From: Alphaproteobacteria bacterium
Lineage (GTDB): Bacteria; Pseudomonadota; Alphaproteobacteria; UBA828
Length of the DNA: 64,000 nt
NCBI GenBank assembly: GCA_965220745.1
Contig: CBDCQT010000005.1
Location: 1 to 64,000, forward strand
Direction: 5' to 3'
Below the pieces are notes generated by a model. That model did not search any database. It was given only the letters and a program-made list of their open reading frames with translations, and was not told the DNA's origin. Position 1 is the stretch's first letter; each line of letters opens with the position of its first letter. Below, piece by piece: positions 39,243-48,819 of the stretch. A program made the translations under genes and the position numbers.

Positions 39243-39560
39243 TCCGGCACGGACGAGGGCGCAGTTCCGTCAACAAGCCCTGGCGCTCTGGCGGACGAAG
39301 GAGCGCGGTGGGAAGCGGATCTGGAAGGCGAGGCGCCCTGGGAGACCGTGCTCGTTCCGCGAGGCACGTCGAAGTGGTGATGCCTCCGGCGCCCGGCGTG
39401 TCGAAGGTGGCCTGTGGGCGAGGCCGGCCGGCGCGGGCATTCCGGGCCGAAAAAGCGCGGAACGACAAACATTTGCGCCGGCATCGGGGTCGCCCGAATG
39501 GCGGCAAAGATTCTTCCCGATTCTCCCCAAAGTCGGGGACGCGCAATCCGCGGCCGCGCC
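39243..39560 (+). repeat. 318-bp direct repeat, copy 2
   Basis: near-identical to 37708-38025. Confidence 0.93.
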
Positions 39561-39599
39561 ATACACTCCGCTCTCTCGTCGACGTTGCGGGGACGGCTC

Positions 39600-39981
39600 C
39601 GGGGAACCCACGCGACTTCGACATGATGGCCGCGGCGCTGATCCCGCAGCAGAAGGACACGGTCGATCCCTTCTGGGTGACGGCGGCAAGGCAGTTGTTC
39701 GCCAACGGCGCCGGGGTGCTGCGCGGCAAGGGCGAGACGCGCAACAAGGTCCTGGTCGACCACCTGCTCAAGACGGACCTGACGGCGCTCGCGCAAGCCA
39801 TGGAGGGCACGGTCGCGCAGTCGATCGTGGATCCGGAGAACCCCAAGACTGCGCTCAGCGTGCGCGCGATGCTCACCGCCAACCTGTCGGCGCTGGAGTT
39901 CCTGCCCGACGAGGGCAAGCCGTTCTCGATCCGGGAGTGGATATCGGACGAGGAGCGGGGCGGGTTCCTGTTCCTCACGTC
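39600..39981 (+). pseudogene. traD: TraD-like type IV coupling protein internal fragment
   Basis: DFDMMAAALIP...DPFWVTAAR...FSIREW...FLFLTS. Confidence 0.75.
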
Positions 39982-40512
39982 GGCCGCACAGGGCGCGTCC
40001 TACTACGAGCGCGACGGCTATTACGCGAAGGACGATCCCGAGCACCGGGAAGCGAGCGGCTGGGCCGGCAAGGGGGCGGAAGAGCTGGGACTCACCGGGC
40101 CGGTCGATCGCGGCACGTTTCGCGCGGTGCTCGAAGGCAAGGTGCCGGACGGGTCCGGAACCGAGCTCGGGCGGCGCGGCAAGGACGGGGAAATCCTGCA
40201 CCGCCCCGGCCGCGACCTCACCTTCTCGGCCCCGAAATCGGCCTCCCTCGCCGCCCTGGTCGGCGATGACCGGCGCATCGTCGAGGTCCACGACCGCGCC
40301 GTGGCGGCGGCGCTCGACTGGGTGGAGCGGAACGCGGCGGAAACCCGCATGAAGGACCCGGACACCGGCCGGATGGTGCGCGCCGGCAACCAGAAGATCG
40401 TCGCCGCCACGTTCCGGCACGACACGTCGCGCAATCTCGACCCGCAGCTCCATACCCATGCCGTGCTCGCCAACATGGTCAAGGGAGAGGACGACAAGTG
40501 GCGCTCGATGGC
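39982..40512 (+). pseudogene. MOBF (TrwC/TraI) relaxase fragment truncated by IS3
   Basis: SYYERDGYY, DLTFSAPKS, HDTSRNLDPQLHTH. Confidence 0.88.
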
Positions 40513-41775
40513 TGACCTGCCCCCGTCGACTGGTCCAGGTCGAATGTTAGTGCATCGCGGGTTCCTCGGCCAAGCTGGGTGGCCGGCGGAGCGTAGCGGA
40601 GCCGGGCGGCCAGCTTGGCATGATGATCGTCTCCGGGGCCGGCGGCCGGTATCCCAGGCTGCCGTGTGGGCGGATCGCGTTGTAATGGCACCGCCACGAT
40701 TCGATGAGAACCTGGGCTTCCTTCAGGGTGTAGAAGATCTCCCCGTTCAGGAGCTCGTCGCGCAGCCGCGCATTGAAGCTCTCGATGTAGCCGTTCTCCC
40801 AGGGTGAGCCCGGCTCGATGAAGGCGGTGCGGGCGCTGACCGCAGCGATCCACCGCCTGACGGCCTCGGCGACGAACTCCGGACCGTTGTCGGAACGGAT
40901 CCAGGTCGGAATGCCGCGCAGGATGAACAGGTCGGTCAGCACATCGATGACGTCGATCGAGGAAAGCCTCCTGCGCACCCGGATGACCAGGCTCTCGCGG
41001 GTGAACTCGTCCAGGACGTTGAGCATGCGGAAGGCCCTGCCGTCATACGTCCGGTGATGGACGAAGTCGTAGGACCAGACGTGATCCGCCCTCTCGGCGC
41101 GCAGCCGGATGCAGGAGCCGTCATTGAGCCAAAGCCGGCCCCGCTTCGGTTGCTTGCCGGGCACCTTCAGCCCCTCGCGCCGCCACAAGCGCTCGATCCG
41201 CTTGTCGTTGACCTGCCAGCCGGCATCGCGAAGCAGGGCCGCGATGCGGCGATAGCCGTAACGGCCGTACTGGCGGGCCAGCTCGATCATGTACGCGACC
41301 AGGCGGTCCTCGTCGTCGCGGCCGCGCGGGATGCGGCGCTGGGTCGAGCGGTGCTGCCCCAGCACCCGGCAAGCGCGGCGTTCCGAGACCCCGAGCCGGT
41401 CACAGACATGATCGATGCACTGGCGCCGGCGCGAGGGGCTTAGAAGTTTCCCCCTGCGGCCTCTTTGAGAATCTGCTTGTCCAGCGTCAGATCGGAGACC
41501 GCACGGCGCAGCCGCTCGTTCTCCTTCTCGAGCTCCTTCAAACGGCGGAGCTGATCGCCGCTCATCCCGGCATACTCCTTGCGCCAGCGGTAGAAGGTAA
41601 CCTCGCTGATCCCAAGCTCGCGGATCGCGTCCGCCATCGACATGCCCTGGCCGTTCAGAACCTCAGCCCGCCGCAGCAGGCTCACGATCTCCTCGGGCTT
41701 GTAACGCTTCCTTGCCATCGTCGGTCCTCCTCTTTCCATAACCTAAGGGTGGACCAATCCGATGGGGGAGGATCA
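40513..41775 (-). mobile_element. IS3-family insertion sequence, full copy 2 (1263 bp)
   Basis: ends TGATCCTCCCCC.../TGACCTGCCCCC...; orfA 41440-41718, orfB 40547-41365; no matching TSD. Confidence 0.96.
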
Positions 41776-42095
41776 GACGATCAAATGCACATTCCCGTGC
41801 CAAGTGCTGCGTTTCCAGGGCAGGACTCGGTTGCAGTTCCACCCCGATTGGCTGCCAAGCTTGCACTTTACAGCGGGATGCAGAACCAGGATGCTCCCCC
41901 TGAATGACGGAGTCATGGTCGCAGGACAATCTCTAGAGTTGGCAGAACTGACTTGCTACTCAGTCTCTGGTCCGTCCGATCTGAGCTTGGACACGGAGAT
42001 GCTGCAGTAAGTGGAGGTCAAAATCGGATGCCGCTTGACATGCACGGGCGCGCCGCGATCGCGGCTGTCACGCGTCCATCAAGGACTGACGCGCT

Positions 42096-43370
42096 CTAAT
42101 AGCCGAGACCCTGAGACATCTGGGCATAGCTGGTGAGAGGGACCGCGCACATCCGATTCCAGTCCGCCTTGTCGATGACGGGCCGATTTAACAGATCGAT
42201 CATATCATCGAATTTGCTGAGCGCGGCACAGCCCACCACCTCAGGCGCCGCTGCCTTGCGGTGTTGCGACCAGGCTCGGTCGCGGGCGTGGCGCCAAAAT
42301 GCGCTGTCGTACGTCGAGCCACAGGAATAGTGCCAACCGACGAACAAGCCGTAACAAAGCATGTTGTTGATGAGAAACCGATTGACCACCGGCGCGTCGC
42401 GCTCAAGATGCTCGACCGCGCGGTTCAGACGTATATGGAGAACCATCCCAATTTGCAACTGGGCGGATACGATCGCCGTTGCTTCGAGAGGCTCCATAAA
42501 GGCCGCAGCATTGCCGATGCGCGCCACCGCACCGTCGAAGATCCGACGGTGGACGAAATTGGGGAACGGAATGACGGCGCGCTGCTCGAACTCGGATACG
42601 CCATCGGCCTCAAGAAACGCGTCAAAGTCCGATTCGACGTCGGTTTGGCTGGAGACATTGCGGTTGAAGATGTACCCGTAGGATGTGTGCACGGTTAGCG
42701 GAATGACGAATACCCAACCATGCGGACGGGCAACCGCACGGGTATACGTATGCTGCAGAACCGGCCGGTCCTGTTCTTCCTCGATGATTGCCGGGCAGCG
42801 GCGGATGATGGCCGTATTGGTGGGGACGAAGGAAATGTCGATGTGGCGCTCGGGCTGGAGTTCCTTGGGAAAGCCGCGGGCATCGAAGACCAGGTCATAG
42901 CGTTCCGGCGCCAGGCCCTCGAGTTCCACTTGGGCACCGCCGTCCACCCTGGCGATGTCGAGTACTTTAGCGTCGATGTGGCGCGCGCGCGTGCTTTCGT
43001 GCAGCAGCTCCCCCATCAGGTCGGCGGAGAGGTGGTAGGCGTAGGAGACCTGCTGCGGCGTGAAGTAGTGCGTGAAGTCTCGATTGCGCCGGCCCCATCC
43101 CTCGAACGCGACGCCGTACTTGCGTGTTCCCTTCAGGCGCTGCTGGACGGTTTCGTGAGGCAGGTTCGTCAGTTTCTGCAATTCCTGAACGAGGCTCGGC
43201 CAGCTGCCTTCGCCGACGCCGATAACCGGGATGCGCGAATCATAAATGTGGTGGAGCTCGTGGTCGCCGTCGGGGAGAAGACTCGTCACGCGGGCAGCCG
43301 CCAGTGACCCTGCGGTTCCCCGCCCGATAACCGCGATCTTCCGCAGAGATTTAGTGCCCGGCTGTATCAT
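42096..43370 (-). CDS. srpI: flavin-dependent peptidyl-tryptophan halogenase
   Basis: GRGTAG, IGVGEGS, GWVFVIP, FMEPLEAT; short, lacking the free-Trp binding region; cluster with LCCCW precursor. Confidence 0.85.
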   Translation of the reverse strand: MIQPGTKSLRKIAVIGRGTAGSLAAARVTSLLPDGDHELHHIYDSRIPVIGVGEGSWPSLVQELQKLTNLPHETVQQRLKGTRKYGVAFEGWGRRNRDFTHYFTPQQVSYAYHLSADLMGELLHESTRARHIDAKVLDIARVDGGAQVELEGLAPERYDLVFDARGFPKELQPERHIDISFVPTNTAIIRRCPAIIEEEQDRPVLQHTYTRAVARPHGWVFVIPLTVHTSYGYIFNRNVSSQTDVESDFDAFLEADGVSEFEQRAVIPFPNFVHRRIFDGAVARIGNAAAFMEPLEATAIVSAQLQIGMVLHIRLNRAVEHLERDAPVVNRFLINNMLCYGLFVGWHYSCGSTYDSAFWRHARDRAWSQHRKAAAPEVVGCAALSKFDDMIDLLNRPVIDKADWNRMCAVPLTSYAQMSQGLGY

Positions 43371-43468
43371 CCCGCGTTGCTTTCAGGGCTGCCGGCCGAC
43401 TTGCTCTTCCTGAGATACTCGGATGCGCCTTGCAAACAACCAGCTGCCATGATCGTGGTCTCTCGCCG

Positions 43469-44698
43469 TCAGAAGCTGTAGGTGAAATCCATGCCCAGGT
43501 AACTGTCGCGTCGCCCACCGTAGGTCAAATCCTGCGCGTCGGCGCTCAAGTACGCGATCCCTTCCAGGCGCATCGTCCAGCTGTTCGTGAGGCGCCGTTT
43601 GAATTCCAGGTTTAGCGAACGCGTATCGTGGCGGAGGTCGGCAAGAACGCCCGCCACGAACTCGGTGCCCTGAACGTCGTTGAACGTGAGTGCGCCCGCG
43701 ACAAACAGGTCGTTCGCCCAGGCGCTCGTGGCGCGGCGTTCGCGGCCGTCGTAGCGCCACTCGGCGAGGACGGTCAGGTCCTCGCGGGACTGGAACACCG
43801 CGTAGAACGTGCGTTCCATGCCGAAGATGAAGGCGCCGTAATCCTCCTCCACGCCCAACAGATTGCGCGCGCCGCTACGGTGAATGGCTTCCAGCTTGTA
43901 AAGCCAGGGCTCGGTCGTGAGTTGCGCGTCCAGCCCGAACTGCCGGATTTGCTCGTAGTACGGGATCAAGCGCGTGCCGGTTCCTGCCGACGGCCCGGAT
44001 TGATGGCGGGCAAGAAAGGAAGGTTCGCGGCTCGTGCCGACAAAGGCAGTGAGGCCGAAATCAAGCAGGCCCACGGCATTGCTGTAGCGAAACGCAACAT
44101 CCAGATGGCGCTCTTCGGCACCGCTCTCGTACAGGGCGTCCCCGTCGATCAGGTGCTCCGAACGGTTGCGCCCGGCACGCCCCGGAAAGGTGCGCTTGCG
44201 ATGGTACGGCAGCAGAAAAGATTCGGCGATGCCCCAGTCGCCGGAAAGCGTCAGGTGCGCCATGGGCTGACCCAATTTGGGGCGGTCGCGCGGGTGCTCG
44301 ACGAGGTCCAGTTGGTTGACGATATCGACGAGGTTGTGCAGCTCGGCCACGCCCCAGAATACGCGGTCGACTCCCAGCCGAAGCTCCCAGGAATTCTCGT
44401 CCCAGTCTCCATACGTCAACACGTAGGCCTCGCGCAGGTCCGCATGTGTGCGCTCTGCATCGGCGCTGTCGTAACGATAAAAGGTGGTGAGGGTGAAGCT
44501 GGTTCTTTCGGCGACGTCCCCGTAGAGCGTCGGCTCGAGGACCAGCCCGCCGGTGGCCGAACGCTGACCGGCGAAGGCCGGCGATTGTGGATACCATTGC
44601 GCCTGCGTGCTCAGATCGCCGGAGAAATCAAGCGTCTGCGCCTCGGCACCGGCGGCGGCCAGGAGCACGAGGGCCGCAAGTGCGCCGCCGAATCGCAT
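43469..44698 (-). CDS. outer-membrane beta-barrel-like protein
   Basis: signal peptide, DLREAY, VFWG, C-terminal YSF. Confidence 0.75.
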   Translation of the reverse strand: MRFGGALAALVLLAAAGAEAQTLDFSGDLSTQAQWYPQSPAFAGQRSATGGLVLEPTLYGDVAERTSFTLTTFYRYDSADAERTHADLREAYVLTYGDWDENSWELRLGVDRVFWGVAELHNLVDIVNQLDLVEHPRDRPKLGQPMAHLTLSGDWGIAESFLLPYHRKRTFPGRAGRNRSEHLIDGDALYESGAEERHLDVAFRYSNAVGLLDFGLTAFVGTSREPSFLARHQSGPSAGTGTRLIPYYEQIRQFGLDAQLTTEPWLYKLEAIHRSGARNLLGVEEDYGAFIFGMERTFYAVFQSREDLTVLAEWRYDGRERRATSAWANDLFVAGALTFNDVQGTEFVAGVLADLRHDTRSLNLEFKRRLTNSWTMRLEGIAYLSADAQDLTYGGRRDSYLGMDFTYSF

Positions 44699-45570
44699 CA
44701 GCGCACGCGTCGGAGTGCCGTTTGGGTAAACTCGCTTTCGGCAAGATCAGTGCGGAAGCGAAAATCGGTCCATTCAAGCACCGTGCTCGCACCGGTCAGG
44801 TGGTTCACCATCGTCTGTTCGTCTGCCCGCCAATACCGGTCCAGATATTGCTGATAGTCCGCAAAGGTGAGCGTCTTCAGGTGCGAGTTCTTGCGGTCGT
44901 AAAGCTCCATTTTCCAGGTTCGAAGCTCGACCGAATCCTGCCAAACGACCCTGCGGCTATATCCGGACTCCTCGTCCAGGGGAACCTGCTCGATCACCGT
45001 ACAGGTGAGGTTGCCGCAGGGCTCGTCGCGAAGATACTTGTAGGTGTATTCCCCTACCTCCAGCGAGCTCATGTCCTCGTACGAGAACTCGCTTCCCATG
45101 AAGGACCCCGAACGCCGCGCGGCATTAATTCGCTTCACTCTTTTCAGGGCCGGCAGATAGAGCCACTGGTCGTCCTGGGTGTTGATGTGAGCGTGAGTCA
45201 GGAGGGCAGTACCCTGCACGTCTCGCGGCTGGTCGAACACGAACAGGCTCTTGTCGCCGTCTCCCGGCACTTCCAGCACCTTGAAGCGCATCTGACGGAC
45301 GCTCTCGCGGCCGTGCCGATCGCGCAGCACCATCGTCATTCCGGCGGTGAAATCCTGGAAGCCGTCGTCGCGGGCGCTTGCTTCCTGCGCGATCCTCAGG
45401 CCCTTGTCCTCCGACGTTTCTTCCTGGGCGAGGGCATGTGCGCTCGGCAAGAAGAGGCACGCCAGCGCAAGAGCCAGGATACCGAACGAAGCACCTCGGG
45501 GGCGCCTGGAACTCCCTGTACCGCCTTGACTTCCAAACCGCCCCTTGGCGGTTACGCGGTCAGGCAACAT
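44698..45570 (-). CDS. LolA-like outer-membrane lipoprotein-sorting protein
   Basis: DVQGTALL, DDQWLYLPALKRVKRI, FMGSEFSYED; start uncertain. Confidence 0.85.
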   Translation of the reverse strand: MLPDRVTAKGRFGSQGGTGSSRRPRGASFGILALALACLFLPSAHALAQEETSEDKGLRIAQEASARDDGFQDFTAGMTMVLRDRHGRESVRQMRFKVLEVPGDGDKSLFVFDQPRDVQGTALLTHAHINTQDDQWLYLPALKRVKRINAARRSGSFMGSEFSYEDMSSLEVGEYTYKYLRDEPCGNLTCTVIEQVPLDEESGYSRRVVWQDSVELRTWKMELYDRKNSHLKTLTFADYQQYLDRYWRADEQTMVNHLTGASTVLEWTDFRFRTDLAESEFTQTALRRVR

Positions 45571-46056
45571 CCGCGCAGATTCGGCGATTGACGTGTGGCA
45601 TCGTGCGTTGGTTTCCCGAAAACGTTGATGTCCTGGACGTTCTGGAAATACCAAAAGGAGCCGATTCTCGGCATCCGGTATTGACCGGAGAGGCACCCTG
45701 CGGCGAAGAGATTACCGGCGTCCATGCTCCCGCGCCAGGTCCTTTCGTCTTGATTAGGGGAAGGTCACCTGTGGACCCTTTGAGGCGCGAGCCGGCCGTT
45801 CCCGCACATTTCGGAGGTATCGCTCCGTATTCCACTGGTGTTGGATGCCGATCACGATATGTCGGCATGGTGGGCGGAGATCACTTGGCCGTCCGGACGC
45901 TCGACATCGCTCGGACAAGATGCCGTGCGCACCGCGTTCAAAACTTGAGGACTTGTTCTCTCCTGGTCGAGATTGTATAGGCTCTCCCAAGTTTTGCCGC
46001 ATCGAATCGATTTTCTTTGTCTCTGCTGGATCTCGGTGGGGAGGCGACGCACGGTT

Positions 46057-46596
46057 ATGTTTAATAGTCCGTTTGACTCATTTCATAATACTGTTGCCGA
46101 AGCGAAGGACGAAAGAGAACAACTCGACCGCTTGCTGACGATTTCCACACCACGGGAGCGTCTGCTTGTCGTCGGCATCGCTCTGCTGCTGTGCATCCTC
46201 CTGGCGTGGCTCTTCTTCGGCAGCGTAACCCGCAGCCTCGCGGTAGACGGCGTATTGCTCGAGCCGGGCATCGACTCGCCCGAAGGCCAGCGGTCCGTGC
46301 AAGCACTCGTCTGGATCGAGAGCGACGTTGCAGCGGATATCAAGGCCGGTATGCCGACGGTAATAGAGTTGGCCTTGGCAGGTGGCGACGCAGGCCAACT
46401 TGACGGCGTGATCGAGACGATTTCCCCCGCACCCCTGTCCGAGGAACTGGCGGCGTTTGCGTCTGCCGCGCCTGTGTCCGTGCACCGCGTCCATATCGGG
46501 CTCGACGAACACCTCGATTTTGAGTCGCTTGCGGACAGCAGGTGCCGAATCGTCATCGAACTGGACAGTCAGGCTCCGGTCGCCTTTTTCGAATAA
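46057..46596 (+). CDS. short NHLM-type secretion (HlyD-like) protein
   Basis: EQLDRLL + TM helix + C-terminal PVAF; lacks coiled-coil core. Confidence 0.65.
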   Translation: MFNSPFDSFHNTVAEAKDEREQLDRLLTISTPRERLLVVGIALLLCILLAWLFFGSVTRSLAVDGVLLEPGIDSPEGQRSVQALVWIESDVAADIKAGMPTVIELALAGGDAGQLDGVIETISPAPLSEELAAFASAAPVSVHRVHIGLDEHLDFESLADSRCRIVIELDSQAPVAFFE

Positions 46597-46608
46597 GGCG
46601 GTCAAGAG

Positions 46609-48819
46609 ATGCTGCGACGCGCGTCAAAGAGGGCTGGGGACAAGGCCGACTCGGACTTCGCGAAACGAAGGGTAACCACGCCCATTCTGTTGCAGATGCA
46701 CGCATCGGAATGTGGGGCCGCCTGCCTCGGCAGCATATTGGCCTACTTCGGTCGCTGGGTGCCACTGACCGAACTTCGCGAAAAATGCGAGGTGAGCCGA
46801 GACGGCAGTAGTGCCGCGAGCATCTTGCGCGCATCCAGGCACTACGGTCTCGAGTGCAATGGCCTCAGCTTACGCGCCGAGCAACTGAAGAAGCTGGAAT
46901 TGCCTCTGATCCTGTTCTGGCAATTCAGTCATTTCGTTGTCTTCGAAGGGTTCGATGGCCGCCATTACCATCTCAATGACCCGTCCATGGGGCGGCGCAG
47001 GCTCTCCGCTGAGGAATTCGAGAAGGATTACAGCGGCATCGCGCTGAGGTTCAAGCGCGGCGCCGATTTCAGCCCCGGCGGCAGGCAGCCCAACCTGTTC
47101 AGGCAACTGAGCGCCTCGCTCGTCGACTCATGGAGCATGCTCACCGGCGTGGTCGCCTGCGGATTCATGTTGACGCTGCTGGCACTGATCGTTCCCGCGT
47201 CTCTCGGTGTGTTCGTGGACGAAGTTCTGGAAAATCACGGGAGCTGGGGCGGATTGGTGGCAGCCCTGCTGGGCGGCGGTGCGCTGGTCTACATCCTGTC
47301 CCTTCTCAGGCACCGGTTCCTAAAGCGGCTTGCCGTCCGGATTTCGGTGATCGGCTACAGCCGGAGCCTGTCGCGGCTGCTGCGATTGCCCGTGGAGTTC
47401 TTCGAGCACAGGCTGGTCGGCGACCTGACCGATCGAGTCTCGTCCGTCGACAGAATAGCGAAGAACCTGACGGACCAGTTTCTCGTGCTCATCATAGACA
47501 TGGCAATGAGCGCCGTGCTGCTCATCGCGATGTTCGCCTACGACGTCGTGCTCACGCTGATCGTGCTGTTGCTGGCGATCGTGCACGGATTGCTTGCGCA
47601 TGGTCTCAACGCGCTCCGGGCTGTTCGAAGCCAGGCGATGAGGCGCGAGCAGGGATTGCTGATCGGCGTGGGCATGCAGATGTTGAGTCATGCCGAGAAC
47701 CTGCGCATGACGGGCGCGGACGACCGCTTCTTCTCGCGCTGGAGCGGTCAACAGGCGCGCGAATTGCATGCGCGCCAGCTTTATTCCGAGCTGGGCTCCG
47801 TCAATACCGCGCTGCCGGGCCTCGTTGCCGTGCTGCGCGCAGCGGCCATCCTGGGCCTCGGGGGCAGCATGGTCATGGCCGGAGACATGACCCTGGGAAC
47901 GCTGGTCGGGTTCTATATCCTGGCAGAGATGTTTCTGGCGCCTGTCGGGCGCTTCCTGGAGTTTGCCGACAGACGCAAGGCGCTCGAAACCGACCTGCAA
48001 CGACTGGATGACATATCCAAAGCCGCACAAGATCCAGTCATCAGCCGCCGAAGTGAGGAATCGGAGTCGATCTCCACGTTCAACGGCCGGCTCCAGCTTG
48101 CAGGCCATCTCGAACTGCGAAACGTCACGTTCGGTTTCAACAAGAGCCGGCCGCCTCTGCTCAAGGACTTCAACCTCGTGCTGAAGCCGGGGCAGCGGGT
48201 TGCCATCGTCGGCCCCAGCGGTTCCGGCAAGTCGACGCTCGCGCGTCTCGTTTCGGGCATCTGTCAGCCCTGGTCGGGCGAAGTGCTGTTCGACGGCCAT
48301 CTTCGGGAGGAGATTCCGGAGGACGTGCTGCGGCGGTCCATTTCCATGGTGGATCAGGAGGTCGTGCTCTTTTCCGCGTCACTGCGGGACAACATCACAT
48401 TGTGGAACCCGGCCGTTCCGGACGAAGCCATCGTCGTCGCGACGCGGGATGCCCAGATCCACGACGAGATCCTGCTCAGGCCGCAGGGATACGCGACCCC
48501 CGTCGAGGAAGGCGGGGTGAATTTCAGCGGCGGCCAGCGGCAGCGGCTGGAAATCGCCCGTGCGCTGGTGGGCAACCCGACGGTAATCATTCTGGACGAG
48601 GCGACCAGCGCCCTCGACGCCGCGACGGAGGAACATGTCGACGACGCCTTGCGGCGCCGCGGCGTCACCTGCCTGATCGTGGCGCACCGGCTGAGCACCG
48701 TGCGGGATTGCGACGAGATCATCGTGCTCGACAAGGGCGCAGAGGTGCAGCGCGGAACGCACGACGCGCTGATCGCGGACAGGGACGGCGCGTACTACAA
48801 GCTGATCATGTCAGGCTGA
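46609..48819 (+). CDS. NHLM bacteriocin ABC transporter with C39 peptidase
   Basis: QMHASECGAACL, HFVV, NDP; GPSGSGKS, FSGGQRQ, ILDEATS, AHRL. Confidence 0.93.
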   Translation: MLRRASKRAGDKADSDFAKRRVTTPILLQMHASECGAACLGSILAYFGRWVPLTELREKCEVSRDGSSAASILRASRHYGLECNGLSLRAEQLKKLELPLILFWQFSHFVVFEGFDGRHYHLNDPSMGRRRLSAEEFEKDYSGIALRFKRGADFSPGGRQPNLFRQLSASLVDSWSMLTGVVACGFMLTLLALIVPASLGVFVDEVLENHGSWGGLVAALLGGGALVYILSLLRHRFLKRLAVRISVIGYSRSLSRLLRLPVEFFEHRLVGDLTDRVSSVDRIAKNLTDQFLVLIIDMAMSAVLLIAMFAYDVVLTLIVLLLAIVHGLLAHGLNALRAVRSQAMRREQGLLIGVGMQMLSHAENLRMTGADDRFFSRWSGQQARELHARQLYSELGSVNTALPGLVAVLRAAAILGLGGSMVMAGDMTLGTLVGFYILAEMFLAPVGRFLEFADRRKALETDLQRLDDISKAAQDPVISRRSEESESISTFNGRLQLAGHLELRNVTFGFNKSRPPLLKDFNLVLKPGQRVAIVGPSGSGKSTLARLVSGICQPWSGEVLFDGHLREEIPEDVLRRSISMVDQEVVLFSASLRDNITLWNPAVPDEAIVVATRDAQIHDEILLRPQGYATPVEEGGVNFSGGQRQRLEIARALVGNPTVIILDEATSALDAATEEHVDDALRRRGVTCLIVAHRLSTVRDCDEIIVLDKGAEVQRGTHDALIADRDGAYYKLIMSG

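Noticed and set aside
36804-40459. long ORFs across the repeat region
   Set aside because: They cross unrelated fragments and repeats; no coherent domain
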